From assembly GCA_040954595.2 (NCBI GenBank), contig CM082596.2, positions 467,468 to 531,467 on the forward strand: a DNA stretch of 64,000 nucleotides. The letters run 5' to 3'. The notes under the pieces were generated by a model. It was given only the letters and a program-made list of their open reading frames with translations, had not been told where the DNA came from and searched no databases. This DNA comes from Balanoglossus misakiensis (lineage: Eukaryota; Animalia; Hemichordata). Shown here in pieces: positions 41,351 through 56,005 of the stretch. The position numbers and the translations under genes were made by a program. Position 1 is the stretch's first letter, and the number at the start of each line of letters is the position of its first letter.

Positions 41351-44300
41351 CTGCGAATAAAATCACCAAAATGGCAAAGCTTAGTAAACATGAAATCATA
41401 ATATCTCTCCACATCTTTGCAGAAATGAATGAGTGTAGTCAAGTGAAGGAGTCACCCCGAGGGTGCAATGAAATGGCATGTAATTTGACTCCATGGTTGG
41501 ATACTTCTTGAGCTTATGACCTTTGGTAGAAATAAAGTCCCTTTACAGGTGGTACATGGTCACCGGGTCAAGAAGGGCCACACCCATGTGTCTCAAATTA
41601 GATGGCTTTCATACAGGTCCAAAACGTGATACACTGGTTTCAGTGAACCAGAACTCATGGTAGATTGTCTTCAATGAGAATTCAGTTTGTGGGCAACGTT
41701 CTGACAACATGTACAGTTGTCAAAACGTTTCCTGTTTAAGTTGCCTGGACAGAAATGGATCAAAATCACCCCCTTTTTATCAATAATCTCATTTTGCCAA
41801 TAATACATTACCAGTATGAGTTCTCCTGTGTCTCTGCAGTTCATCTGATCGAGTAAATCGTTTGCCACAAAACAACCAATTACAAACAAACGGTCTCTCT
41901 CCTGTGTGCCATCTAAGATGTGCCCGAAGATGAGAAGTCTTTCCGTAGACCTTGTTACAGCCCGGAATGTGACAAATATGTTGTTTCTTTTTCCCAGTCT
42001 CGCTGTTGCTCCTGTTGAAGACAAACAGTACAATGGTTACACATTATATTGTTACACGCCCCAGCCACTACATCATTCTGTGTTAGCATATGACTAAAAT
42101 AACATTTATATTTTGCAGTTCACTTACATTAAGTGTAGGCAATAATATAATTGTATTTGTCATTAGAGGGCAAACTGCCGCATATCACACTATTGAATTT
42201 TTCTCACCTTCCTTCTCCATCTCTGCAGTTAGGGCAACTACACGCAACCCGTCGCAGTCTCTTTCCAGGCTGCGGTTGTTGGTGTTGCACTTGTACATGC
42301 TGTTGGTTGACTTGCGTGGGACTCAATGTCCCGATATTCACCGTGGCAACCGTGGGTGCAGCTACACTTGTTGGAATAATGGCGGTTGGTGTTGCAGTCA
42401 CTTGCACTGTGCCGCCCGTCAGACTGTTGGCACTGCTGACTGGTTGAATAGTTGCTGGTTGCGCCGTTTGCCATTTCACTTGATCTGACAGATCTTGGTT
42501 GGTTGTGAAGGCCTGGCCAGCTGAAAAATCAAACAATAAACAACAATCAAAAACATATTCTTTCCATTGAAATACAGTGTATCAGATCTCTCCTTTCACT
42601 AAAACAAACATTCAAAGTGTTTTTTAACCTTTGGCCATGGCAAAATAGTGCCATTTAATCTGCTACAAAGAGTACCAGCGTAATTTCCACTGATGGGAGG
42701 AAGACGAACTATGACCTCCACTGAATACAACAAACTTGATTGGATGAAACACAGAACAATAATGATAATGACCTCAAGATGTTTGTGAACACACTCACAT
42801 GAATGTGAACTTTATCTTCTCAATAGCAATGACCCCACGAACAAACAACTCCACAGTCATGATTACGAACGAAACTTTGATGAATTAACAACGATCCTCT
42901 CATGAAGTTCTTCCACATACAAAGCTTTTACTTTGCATGTATTGATCTATGTCAGGATTTTTAATGAAAAGTTGTATTTATTTTCCTTTGATTCGATGTT
43001 AATAGTCCTGCATGGTCACTTAATGTTTGTGATGTCCTCAACACTGTACTTGAACTATTTCCGAAGCTATTTACATGTAAACAAGGTCACATCACTCGCC
43101 AAATATAAACTTCAGGCCTTTTTTCAAACATTCCGCAAAATGGTCCATAAACTTCTTCTCTATAACAAGTGCTGTAAGCAACAATTCCGAGGCAATTCAA
43201 CCACTCAAAAGGAGAACCATTCACTCCCTTTAGGAATGCCTGTACTTCCGTTGGGAAACCTATCCTTCCAAAACTCAACAGTCAACAAAATCTGTTATCA
43301 ATTAAGGGGTCAAACACATTGAAACCATCGACTAGAATTTATTTCCTTCTCTGGAGGACATGTATAACTTCCATGGATACTCTTCAATCTCATGATCAAA
43401 TATATATGTGAGAGCTTCATGAATATACTATAGCATAATATCTTCAACCTGTTGGTCAGAAACCGAACGGACAAAAGATAGGGAAGCCACACCTCAAAGA
43501 AAATGTTCTCAGATGCTAGAACGGAATGCCATTGCTAACCGCGAATTCTCGCAGGCGAACATCATAAAGGTTCAGGTTTCACCATCTGACTCACAACACT
43601 AGACAAAACTTCCAGCTATCAGCACATATGCTGATAAAATAGACGAATATATAATAGTCAAAATAAAACTCAAATCTGTTATTTTTGGGACAAAGTACCA
43701 CAGTGACCTGATATTTTATTTAACTGTCAATTTATCGGGCTCTGAGCACCATTGATAAAAATATATCGGTCCTACAATAAATGTATTCACAGAAAAGATT
43801 AATATACTGCACAATTTTAAATAATCCCCATTTTATTGGAAAAGTAGTCTAGCAACAGAGAAATGACAAAGGAGGAACACATCATGTTTGATATTTCACA
43901 AGGACCAATTTATCCTCGGGAGAACAAAACCTAGCTTTTTGCAAGATCAAACAAAACCTGCATTGTACAAACAAGCTCTCAGAAGAGGCATCTTTATATC
44001 ATTAATATGTCATTGTTGTATTCAGGACTTCGGCAATTAGTTACGAGCACTGCTTGATACAATGCACATAATTTCTTCATTCAAAAAGCGGAATTAATGA
44101 AAACCTACAATGACCATGGCGGGTGTTAATATGTATAATGAATCTACTTCAATTTTTGAAACAAAAGGCAAAGATATTAATAATCAGGGTTGTTTTTTGT
44201 AAAGACTAGTATGAATGTTGTTAACTCGTAATTGTACGTTGACAGCAAAAGGTCATGTAGAGTTCTCACTGACCAAATATGGAAAAGATGATGTCGCTTG

Positions 44301-47130
44301 CAGCAATAGTTCCAAGCTTGAATTCAAACAATTTTCAAGATAAAGAATTTATGAGAACTAAACAGCAATTATGTCGAGAGACTGACGTCAAAACTAGAAA
44401 TTACAAATACCCAATTTGAAATGAATATCAGACCAAAAAAAGCAATTGAGAATGAAATGAGCAGAGAATAAAACAGCATCTCAAGTATCGTCAAGCAGCC
44501 TCTCTGGTTACTGGTATCAAGCAACACTTTTAACTATGACATTTCAAATCGGGAACCATCACTATCATTTAGAAATTGCTCTTAACACCACAACTACATT
44601 TCGTCAATCAATCTTCAAGCTTGACGCTATGAAGAGTCAGCAATTTTAAGCTGTTCAATCACATTTCCTGTAAATTTGCAAATTATTAAACAAAGAAGCA
44701 CCACCTACTTTTAAAACTTCCGGGAAGAAAAAGTTAGACTGTTCTTATTAGCAACAAACTTATCAAAAAGAATGGAAAGGCCAAAATTTCACACAATTTT
44801 TTTGTAAATAACAAATATTAACTTTTTATATTGCAAACAGTCAAAATGTCAGGAGTACACTTCCAACTGAAAGATTAGTATTGTTGTTCATTCAAAATTG
44901 AACACCGTGACCAACTAACTCTAATGCAACACAGAATTGTTGACCAATTACTAATAAGGGGCAAGGATGGAAATATATATTTCTAGAATTATAGTTACAC
45001 CAAGACCATGATTATTTTCAACAATGACGACAAAATTACATTTATTTGAACAATATACCTTGATGGAAATTGAACTTCTCATACTAGGATCATTTGACTT
45101 TGCACATTGGGCTACTTGACTCTGACTTTCTGTTTACAACAATGAAACTAACCTAATAGCCATCTTTTTCCCCCTCTCTCTTTCAAACAAAAGAATTTGT
45201 AAAGACTTCTCTTTTCTTTTCTTTTCCAGATATTTGAAACAGAATGTGAGAAAGGCTTTTTCAACAATAGTGTTCCCTGTACCCAGCTGTTTTTAGTTTT
45301 TTACTTTGTGTGTAACTTCACACAGTTCACGGACAGTTTGTTTTCAGAGAATGAAATATGATTAGCCACATGAGAGATATTCTTGAAACTGATAAATTTC
45401 AAGAGCTCTCATCCCCAACTTTGTGTATGTGATAAAATTACCCCTGGGACTTCGCGGGACAAAGGCAATGGCGATTAAACATATACTGTGAAATTAGCGG
45501 ATGTGGATCTCTGTCGTGTTTTTTAGCTGGTCCATGATGAAGTGGGGTCGTTCAGAGGTGCATAGTGGTCCCAACATGTCTGTGTGATGGTGAATGTACA
45601 TTTTTATCTGTCCAATATATACATCCGCGCAATGTTTGGCAAGGGAAGCGAACGTTTCACACGTACAACAGCCATGTTTTATGGGCGCAAAGAAAGACCT
45701 GAAACTTACAAGTTAATCCATTTCAACGCGTTTAGAGTTTAATCGTTCATTTCATCGAAGTAATGTTCGAATGAAATGAACACGAAAGTAGCTAAATATA
45801 GTATAGGCGCATTTAGCTATCCGACCATATTTTTATCTACCCACCTCTGGCTGAGCTGAAATAATAAAGACAGCATGAGTATTGTGTACTTACCAACGGT
45901 TATTCCAGCAGCTTGTAAAGCGTTCAGGTTTACAGTTGACAGAGGACTAAGTGGCGAAAGCTGGGTAGCGTTAATGGTGGCCGACCCGTTGGCTGCAGTC
46001 GTGTAATTATAGGCCGGTAAAGTTGCGACGTTCACGGTGGGAGTGACACCGACCGAATTTGCGGCTGCAGCGATTATTTGCTGAGGCTGGGTTGAACCGA
46101 TTGTACCAGCTGGTACACCTTGGACCTGGACTGGTTGCCAATTGACTCCACCTGGGGTTCGAACAGCAGTGATCCATGGTTGTTGTATCACTGTTTGTCC
46201 GTCTGGTGTGGTTTGTAGAGTCAATGTATTCACGTTCAGGGCGTTTACAGCATTTACAGCGTTGATTGCTGTGGGTTGTACAGTGGTCGTCTGACCGTTG
46301 CAAACTGAGCTCACAAGAGGCGTTGTTGCTGTTTGACTTGTGGCGATCACCGATGTGTTCCCTGCCGACGTCGTTACAGACGGAGCGAGCATGCCTAGCG
46401 TCAGGGGTTGTGAGGCGATTACACGCTGAACTCCACCGATATTCTGTACAGTCAGGTTGGCCAGATTGGCAACGTTTGTAGGGGCTGCTCGGATGAAAGT
46501 TTGGTTTGTTCCTGTTGATATTGTTGGCGAGTAGTAAGTGGTACCGTCGACTTGAACCGTTGCGGCAGCAGCGTTAGCGGCGGCATTAGCGTCCACAGTC
46601 TGTATTTGCGGTATAACATTATACTGAATCGGATTTGTCCCGCTAACCGCTGTAATAATATGGGGATGTTGTTGCTGTATATACGATGCAATCGCAGGTG
46701 TAATGTTTTTCAGTACAGTCCCGTCGGCAGTCTGTATCTGAATGGTGGTTGGCAATGTCTGTTGCGCTTGTTGCACTGTCGCAGTCACAAGCCCAGCGTT
46801 TGTAGTCACCACCTCTCCTCCCTGAGCGATGGCTGTACTTTGTCCAACCAATTTAACAGTTGTCGTAGTGCTTGTATTGACCGTTTCTTCTGGTGTTTGA
46901 CCGATCTTACTACACGTAGCGGCGAGTAAGGCGAGCGGGGAAGGCTGGATGTCCTGTAAGGGGCGGGTTTACGAAAAGTGGGTGTGAGTTAAGCATACAG
47001 GAAGTTTAGGCCGAAGCAAAAAGCACATGTGAATGAAAGAATAGACAAGAAAATTTAGTCATTTTACCTGTGACGCATTTACGGGTTGTATATACTCATG
47101 ATTTGGCCTGCTGATCGCCAAAGTTGCCAT
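40899..47130 (-). CDS. Sp1-4: Sp1-4 family zinc-finger transcription factor, spliced gene model (~695 aa from Met at 47130)
   Basis: Exons 47068-47130, 45894-46953, 42208-42520, 41812-42011, 40899-41350 (GT-AG, in phase). It has the Sp box [20 protein letters not shown]-rich activation regions, the Btd box [12 protein letters not shown] and three C2H2 fingers ([87 protein letters not shown]). A possible upstream micro coding exon at 49287-49302 (MDNRK) could splice to an acceptor at 47150. Confidence 0.95.
41812..42011 (-). CDS. Sp1-4: Sp1-4 exon (fingers 1-2)
   Basis: 200 nt, ...[12 protein letters not shown]...QRHRRTHT G|GTAATG. Confidence 0.95.
42208..42520 (-). CDS. Sp1-4: Sp1-4 exon (Btd box)
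   Basis: 313 nt, ...[22 protein letters not shown]|GTGAGA. Confidence 0.92.
45894..46953 (-). CDS. Sp1-4: Sp1-4 large exon (Sp box and activation domains)
   Basis: 1060 nt, ttacag|GAC ATC CAG CCT TCC CCG CTC GCC...; ends GITV G|GTAAGT. Confidence 0.93.
47068..47130 (-). CDS. Sp1-4: Sp1-4 N-terminal exon
   Basis: [21 protein letters not shown]|GTAAAA. The EYIQP motif resembles the D/EYLQ motif preceding the Sp box in vertebrate Sp2/Sp3. Confidence 0.8.
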
Positions 47131-50100
47131 TCTTGAAGATTTTTCTCCCTCTTACAACGCAATGAGAACAAGAGCAAAACGTTGAAACAGACATGAATAA
47201 AAAATGCAATATTTTTTACAAACACACACACCAGCTGCACATTGTGAGTCGCGTCACCACTGTTGAACATAGTGTATTCATCCGCAAACCTAATGAGTTA
47301 TCCGCCCAAACATAACTGCGCCACAACCTATGTCTCTCCAGTGGAAAACCAGTTAAAATGTGACTTAAATCGCCAAACCGCTCGTGGAAATTCCTTCTAC
47401 GAACCAAAATGATAACTTAGCAGACCCAGGCGGAGGAATATGCTATGAAACGGGAGTCACGCTCAAATGATCGGCGTTAATTGATGTTGTGTGATTGACA
47501 GGACCCGAACAAAGAGGGCAACATCAAAGCAAAAAGCCGCCATGGTTTCAAATTTCCCGACTTTTTAACATTTCCTCAATTTTCAGGCGCTATCTGCGCC
47601 AAAACTACGGTTTAGATAACGTAAACAATAAAAGGTGGACTCTACAACGTTTAAACTGAAATGAGACAATCAGAAATGTACATTTCAATCTATCTGCATG
47701 TCAGTTTCAAGGCGAGCGATACAACATAAACATAGCTAGAAGGTCTAGAAACCGAAAGAAGGTGATTGATGAGTTAGTCAACAAGCAATTTCATACAGGC
47801 ATGGGAGAGGCGCGGTGTTTTACGCAAATTTCTCCTTTGTGATTGGTCAATTAAGAAATACCGGAATCCACGTGGACACACTTTAATGTGATTTTGCCTT
47901 CTTTTAGAATGTTTTACCCGGCATTGCCACCCGAGAAAGGGGTTTTTGAGAGGGGAAATGTAATCTGATATGTCGGCACCGACCAGGCGATTAATTGCAA
48001 TAGCAAATGACCGACCAGAAAAGCTTTCCCGAGAGTTAGAAAAAAATTCGCTGTATGTGGTTTAGTTGACATCAAACTAAGGCGGCACTTTGTTCACGAG
48101 ATAAAGATCAATGGTATTAAATATGAGATGTCAGTGCTGTGGTAGGAGGCCTAATGAAATTTGCATTGTGCTAACAACATTACTGACTCGCTTTGATGTT
48201 GCCGTCTTCAATTGATCCAAGCGGAGAATAAAATCTCGCTCAACACAAAACATGTCTGTTGAATGGCTCGCATTCGTCAAAAGACTGCAGTTTCGCAACT
48301 GCAGATGCTCGCTTATTTTCCTTTCCCGTTTTTTCCGAACTTTATGTGAACAATTTCCGGCAAATATAAGCCCCGCCGAGAATGGGCTGAGTTGTGTTTA
48401 GAGGGTGTAGCCGAACCTGTGAAATTGTACTTGTTTGGCTTTTGGTAACGCCCTTGGCGGAGGAGCTCATGTCCATAGCAGGGCGGGCTTGTTTCAGAGG
48501 CCACCCATTTTTGTTACGTACCCCAGCTATAACAACACAATGTCGTGGGAATTTTACGCGAGAAATCGACACTAAACTTATGAATGAAATTGGACCGCCC
48601 TTCGACGACCCCGCGAATAATACGAAATCAACATCTGTAGGAGTTGTCTACACAATTGTAACATCAACTTCGTTAGCCAATTGTCGATCGAGCACGCGGT
48701 TCTAGTTTTGAGTCGTGCCTTCGAAGTTACAACTAGAGTCGTGAGTGTGTTCGCATGTTTTTTTTATGCGTCAACTGTGAGGTCTGCAGGAAACAGAGCA
48801 TAATTTCGCATCTGTCCCCAATAGCTATCGCTTCATGCGGCGGACATATTTTACGCATTTCACATATCCTGGCCGGCTAAAGTAGTTCGGCACCCACGTC
48901 AACATAACTTTGGAATGTCGCCAAGCGTCACCATAAAACCACGGTCACCCCACACATAGTGATAAAAACTAAATGAACAAGTCAGAGAAAACGTAATAAC
49001 GACAATAATACATTGTGGATCGCGTCGAATACATAGAAACTTGTCTGAACACGTATTGACCTGGTTATTGTGAACGTATATATGTTCGCACTTGTATTAA
49101 AATCATGGCGCAATATTGGCTCTAACAAACTGAAACAATTGGGAGACTTGTTGAAGAAAATTGAAATTTTCCCCCTGCATTTCACATTCAGAAACACACT
49201 GCCCCTGAAGAGGCAGGCTGCTGGTCAAAGTTCACAATAACAACATTTATTTTATTAATTTTGCAATAATGTTATGTTCAACCTACCTTTTCTGTTGTCC
49301 ATAGATGCTGTTGCTGGATTCCTTGGTAAAATCCGTAAACCAAAGCTCAGATGAAATTGTCCTTTTCCATATTTTTTTATTTGTTGGTCAACTGAAGTTT
49401 ATCATTTATTTTCGCGTTTGACTTTCTGAAGATTCTGACAGTTGTTAGTGTTTGTAATCATATGTCTGAATTGATATTAAAAGTCAACAATAACAACAAT
49501 GGCTGTTTGTGGTTTACAAGTGACTCCTACTGGCAACCAAGGTTACAAGTCATCCTTGTCCAATAGATGCAAGTTGATACCTGCTGAGTAATATGGTTAC
49601 AAGTCGATTCTTGACAGTTGTGGGTACAAGTCATTTCTGGATGTTTCAACAGAATTTAGAGACTAACACAATGAGTTAATTAAAACTGTACAGTTACAAT
49701 TCCAAGTTTTTGTCCTTTCTGATTTTCCCTTTTTCTCCAACACACTTTGCCAAGATGCTTATACTGTGATAAACAGGGAAAAGGGCTAGCTGTCCTTTTT
49801 TCCAGTTTGAGATAAAATTGCTGAGGATGTGGATGAATTATTCTTCAAGGAAATGCACAACCACCTGAAAGATGTGTATTAGACATGAAGTGTTTTGGAG
49901 GTTTAGTTGTACCTCCTATGGAGGGAATATTATGAGACGTTACATGTAGGTCACATTTTCATGAGGCAATTAATTTTAGCATTCAAGTTTAGAATTGGGT
50001 GATTATAGCTGTGTTTTCATCTCACATCTTGGCTGGAAGGAGATCAAGAATGACTCCCTGGTGAATTACTGCATCCTGCATTATCATAGAAATGCATACA

Positions 50101-52700
50101 CTGTCCATGTAGTGAATTCCCTGTGGGAGGGGACTTATCATTATTCACCATCGCTCTGCATATAGACATGACATTTGATGTGTTGGTGACAGTTATGGCC
50201 ATCATTGAAGCTGTGAACCATTCCTTGATCAACATATTATTTCATGTGCAAGAGTCTGCGTCCATTCAGCTTGAGGTATAATGTTTGATGGAGGCGACCA
50301 TATTTGAGTTGCAACCAATTTATTAGAGCTTTAATACAAAAAGCAGTCCCAGGCACAGAAGCTTTAAATTTAGCTATTTTTGATCACTATTTATCTTTGT
50401 TTTAAATGACAATAACTGTCTCATTTATTCTAAACCCCTCAGGCATATTGAAACATGCAGAATTTGATTTGATAACTCTGTCTGCATACCTATTGTTGAT
50501 GATGATGAAAAATTGAAGTCTGGGTGGAAATTTAATCATCAACAATACACACACATAGTGCCAATCGAGACAAGCCCAATACTGGCCAATTAAACATAGG
50601 ACATGTTTTCTAACAAAAAAGCTATAGATTTGTCAATAGAGAAACAGTACACATCAACTGTCAAATGTCCTTTCACAAGGCAATGAATTCTGATGAATTG
50701 TGGAAAATTTTCTGTTATGAATGCATGCACTCTACCTTTTGTCTGATAAATAGAGACTTGCCAGAAATGGTGATTTCAACATTCAGATAGAAATATATGT
50801 CCACGGCCAGCCGGTATTCTGCTTATTTTTACTGGTTGGCCCTGCAGCATCACAGATGGGTGACTGTATAATTATGGTAACCAAAATAGACAAACTGAAC
50901 TGTTGGCCACTTTGTGATCGGGTACATGTAAAAGTGTAAGACAAAATTCTGGTTGATGCTCCAGATATTTATACTGAAAAAATTAAGTGTACTGAAAAAA
51001 AATGCCTTTTAAACATCTATTCTTTCATGAAGTAGACATTTGGAAATTAGTGGAATTGAACACTGAAGCCATTTATGTAGAGAGATTCATGATCAAATTA
51101 AGAGAACTCTTACAGTGTTTACATAAGAAATGAGTAGGAATTTCATTAGTATATTTATTGTGAAAAAATGGCCTCACCCATGCTATAAATAGCATAGATA
51201 ATTAAAGTATGCTTCTACAGAAAGTGAGTGCAAATTTCAGACACACTCGAGCAACTACAAATTATCAAGGTAAAAAATAGGGAGGGGTAATTTTCATAAT
51301 TGCTTCTCAAGGTCTGACTGATCCTAATTTTGGGCTCGAACAAGAAAAAACTAAAAGTGGACTTCATTTCAGTGAATAATACCCTCTGTGGTCTGAGTTG
51401 GATATAACACGAACATATAATTATAACACGTGTAGCTGTTGCTATGCATGGGGGCCTTTGATTACCCAAGCAAGGGTCATTTTTCGAGGTGTCATTCTTG
51501 TTATCGACACTATTATTCTATTTTTGTCATAGCCATGTTTGTCATCAAAGACAATAAGGAATCCCTTTAGGATAAACACACTTGTATGTGGCATTATCAA
51601 AAATGACATGTTAATAGGAAGAATGCATGTCTCCCAAATCCTCTTGATATACTCCTTCCTGAGCGAATGTGTGTGTGTGTGTGCGTGCGCGCGCACGTGA
51701 GCACAAGTCAACATGTTACCTTTTTGCACAACTGTATTCTTATACAGACTTCAAAACTGGGCATCATAGTATGAAGAATTCCGAACAATTCAAAGGCCAG
51801 TCTCTTGGTTAATTAGCTAGCCATTCAAGAGAGACACGACCGACATCTCTTAAACCTCTTCAAAAACTGCATTTATATGTCCTGCCAGATTTGTCAGAAT
51901 TCATTCACAACCAACACACTCCAAGCAAAGACCACATCCCCCCAAAACCCATCATCATTCATTCAAATATCATGTATCTCATATTCAAATCATACCTTAC
52001 ACAGATCATTTTCCTGATTTCCAGAACCACTCACCCAGCTGCTCTTCCTGAAATTTCACTGTTCTTTTTCCATTTTCTTGTTTTTGATAAACAAGATGAC
52101 GTCTAATGAATGACGCTCTTCTCAGCTTTCTCACCTTGCCCGGGGAAAACAAAACTGAAATCATCAGACATCTTTCATATTTAATATCATTTAGTTCATG
52201 ACTCAGACTGGTATTCTACCGGATTCACGTTGCTGGACAAGACGCATATACACAGAATATATTTTCAACTTTGTAAAATGAATTTTAATCAAGGTATTTT
52301 TTATAGAAAAGAATGCATAATCAACCATACCAACAATGTACACACCATATTGGGTAACTGACTGAATCTCATCAAACTGTTCAATATGACAGCTCATACA
52401 CGTCTGAGAAGTGGTTTCAACCAAAATAAATATGTCTGTCCACATGATTCATATCACATATGATGTGTAAAATCTGCAATGTGTCTTAAAACAGTTTAAC
52501 ACATGCCACCTATGGTTCTTGCAGTCAAAGACTTGAAAGATTTTATAAAGAAAAATTTTCATTTCAATTCAGTTGGAAAATTGAAACCTGAAGGATCAAA
52601 AATTGGAAAACAAGAATGTATATTGATTACATTAATCAATCAAAGCCTAATAATGTCTACCTTCTTTGAAGAAATCTAATCTGTGGGCAATACAGCCTTT

Positions 52701-55700
52701 TTACTTCTTCTTCTTTTCGGTCAGACCAGCAGCCGTGTTAGCTTTGAATAAAATGATATCACCATCCTCCACAACATAGTTTCTGCCTTGTTGTCGATAT
52801 TTACCACCAGCCTGTAAAATAAATGTGAACATGTCATCACTTTGAGGTCACAGTGGAAAAATAAACCCAGCAAATGATCTTTATATTGTAACAGGCTCCA
52901 TCAGCGCATAGAAGCAGAAATATATTTGAATATCTGTTACCTTGACAGCTGCTTCTGATCCTAATTCTTTGAAATCATCATACTTCATCACTTCAGCCAT
53001 TATGAAGCCTTTTTCAAAATCACCATGTACCCTTCCGGCTGCTTGTGGTGCCTTAAATCCTTTCTACAAAACAAAAACATCGTAAATCATTGTAAATGGC
53101 AACGACTGAAGATAATACCTCACATAAATAATATCTTCTTTGATTCAGCCATTGTAGGTACACAGAATTCAAGTCAGCTTGTTTGTGTACAACCTTGCAG
53201 TCCAGATTTGTCCCAGCCATGTCTGTGATTGTCCCCTCGGAATTTGCATGTATAGTTTCATCCCTTACCTGTATTGTCCATGCCCGGACTTCATCTTCCC
53301 CTGTTGTGAAGAAATACTGAAGAGAAAGAGCTCGGAATCCTGTGGTGATTATCTTGGGTAAGACACTGTTAATATACAAACAAAACACAGAGGCAAAGAT
53401 ATCAGTGAATGTGTTATAACAACGACACCATAGTAACCATTTCTCAAGGTTCGGTTGTTTTGATCTGCTTTCATTAAGTGATTATCAGACAACAAAAAAT
53501 ATAGATTTCCCAGCCAGCCAATCGTCCACCCAACCAACAGACAACCTTCCCACCAACCCAATCATATTCCCTTTACCTTGCGCATTGTTTTTCTTTGATG
53601 TAAGCCTCTCTCTCTTCTTCCGATTTATCCAGAAGATTCATTTCAAACATTCCAGAGAATGGAATTACAGGAGCCCCTGGGTCATTTGCATCAATCCATT
53701 CCTTCATTTTAACAAGCCTACAAGATTAATAACATTTGCATAAATCTACATAAAACCCATATAATTTTGCCAATTTTGTAAAATTGAAGAGCTTAAAAAG
53801 AAAGAATGTTCTCAGACATCACAATGAAATAATTTGAGCTGAAAAGTTTGTCTCCTTACCACTTATTTTTTTTCCTCAAAAAGTCCTTTTCTGAGAGATT
53901 AATTAAATATATCATTGGCTTCGATGTAAGCAGAAGATGTTTATTCAAAACCTCAATCTGTAAGAGAAAAGAGTTTGTTAAACAACATGCTCTTACCGAG
54001 AGAATATTTCCATCAAATGAAAGCAGTGTATTGCGCTAAATCTGCTCTAAACTTGAACTTGAAGCAAAGGGACAAGAAAAATAGGAGATAAAGAACTGAC
54101 CTCATTTGCAGTCCAATCACAAAACCGAACCGCCTTTTTCTCTTCATCAAGTATTGCTTGAACTTTAACCAATGTGTCCTGTAAAAAAAGAATAGTTTTC
54201 CATTGATATTGTGGTCTGAATCAACACTGATCTAAATACAGTAAGCCCACTGGTTCAGTTGTGGGTCTTTGATTGAAAAGCTGGCCAGCAGGATGAACAA
54301 TTGGCTATTTCCATGACCTGCAATATTTGCAATACGTGGTCTCTGTAAGTTTTCTATCTGTTGTTTATAGCATGAAAAAGCTGAATTGAGATGAAAGTGT
54401 AAACAGAGTCAGCCACTGTGACTCCACGGCCTGAAGGATAAATCGCACATGTTTGTCTCCAGAAACTTACATATTCTGCACGTTTTGACTTGTCTCCACC
54501 ACGTGTAACTTTCTTTTCTACATCTTGTATCCTGTCCTTCAAGAATTCAATATCTTTCAATCGAAGCTCATCAAAAATAATCTCCATGTCCCGAACAGGG
54601 TTGACATCACCCTCAACATGACTGACATCATCATCTTCAAATGCTCCTACATAAAAAAGAAGAACAATGTTATCATATAAACTGCCATAGAGGGCGCACT
54701 GCATAAATTCTGTATCAGTCATGCATCATGTACATTTCTCATCATGCACAGTGGCTAAAATATGAATGAACAATTACCATCAAATATGTCACAATGACAA
54801 ACTAGCATATGCTAATGTAAGACAGGAAGTTGCTCAACATTCTCCTGTTCAAGAGAAACAGTTTGGTAAGTAACTTTTCAGAATTTTAAAAGAAATACCT
54901 ACAAAGCCCCACAAACAAAGTTACCTCAAGCTGACTTACTTGTCATATGGAAGATTGCATCACAAGCACTGATGTTGGACAAGAATGCGTTTCCAAGACC
55001 TTGACCTTCATGTGCTCCCTTCACAAGTCCCGCAATATCCACAACTTTTAAAAAGGCTGGAATTTTGCTGGAAAAAAGGATACATTATAAATAGTGAATG
55101 CACATGTCACTTTGATGTGAAACCTATACAACTATCTGTATTTCAATCATCAACATATTGTTTTTCATTAATTACAAACTGATGTCACCCTTACCTTGGT
55201 GGTTTGTAATAATCACACAGAAAATCAAATCTTTCATCGGGTACGGGAACTCGACCTACAAAATAAAATTACAGCCCGGATAAGAAGCCTAGAAAACAAT
55301 TACTCAGGTCCACGCAACTAAAGATAGATATACACATTTACCTGATATACAATGAGTAAAAAAAGATGTTTACTTACTTTCATTGGGGTCTGAGTTATGG
55401 CCAGAAGACACCATCAGAGACATGAAAAAAAAACACAAAAATTATAATAGTTAACAATTGTACAGCTTTGGGTTTTTCCACGATGAGCTTCGTGTTAAAC
55501 TGTTATTTTATTATTTGCAATGCTCAGCCTTTCAAATACTCAAGTCCGGTGATGGTCATCAACAAAAACTCACTGCTAATCTCTCAATGTAAGAAGAAAT
55601 AAATTTATATTTACCATACCTATTGTACAAAATGGGAAGTTTTCAGCAGCAGCTGTGCTCTTCGTAAGAACATTAAAAAATGTAGATTTCCTACAGAAAG

Positions 55701-56005
55701 ATGAAAACATACATTCTGATCACTTTCTCATGCTCAACATTGTTGATTTCACTATTAGCATGATAAAATAAGCCTGGCATATACAGACCTGTTTTGTAAT
55801 ACATATATATATCAGCAAAAAAAATCCTATCATGCCAGTTTCCCTCTGTTGTTTAAGTCCAACTTTGAGACACAATAATATTAACTTTCTCACAGGAATC
55901 CACTTACCCTACATTTGGCAATCCCACAATGCCACATTTAAGCGAGGTCCCCAGCCTGCCAATTAATGGTTTGGCCTTAGGTTGTTCCTTTTTCTTTGGG
56001 GGCAT
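52701..56005 (-). CDS. OLA1: Obg-like ATPase 1 (YchF family), spliced gene model, 397 aa
   Basis: 12 coding exons: 55908-56005, 55620-55690, 55378-55389, 55195-55255, 54940-55067, 54471-54646, 54101-54178, 53860-53957, 53577-53717, 53269-53365, 52941-53063, 52701-52811 (1194 nt, GT-AG, in phase). Motifs: P-loop [46 protein letters not shown], and TGS domain [15 protein letters not shown]...[17 protein letters not shown]...[10 protein letters not shown] non-coding first-exon donor lies at 56530. Confidence 0.97.
55378..55389 (-). CDS. OLA1: OLA1 12-nt micro-exon (D-P-N-E-S)
   Basis: ctcag|ACCCCAATGAAA|GTAAGTA is required to complete the conserved CTIDPNESRV. Confidence 0.9.

Noticed and set aside
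40899-47130. Calling this gene Sp5/btd or Sp6-9
   Set aside because: The long Q/T-rich region, the intron-split zinc fingers, the [12 protein letters not shown] Btd box and the finger-2 QRHRRTH sequence are Sp1-4 features.
51215-51610. Possible decayed DNA-transposon/MITE fragment between Sp1-4 and OLA1
   Set aside because: No terminal inverted repeats or second copy could be demonstrated within the window.
54406-54424. IRE-like hairpin (GAGTCA-CAGTGG-CTGACTC, - strand)
   Set aside because: It is intronic, the stem register is wrong and there is no bulged C.
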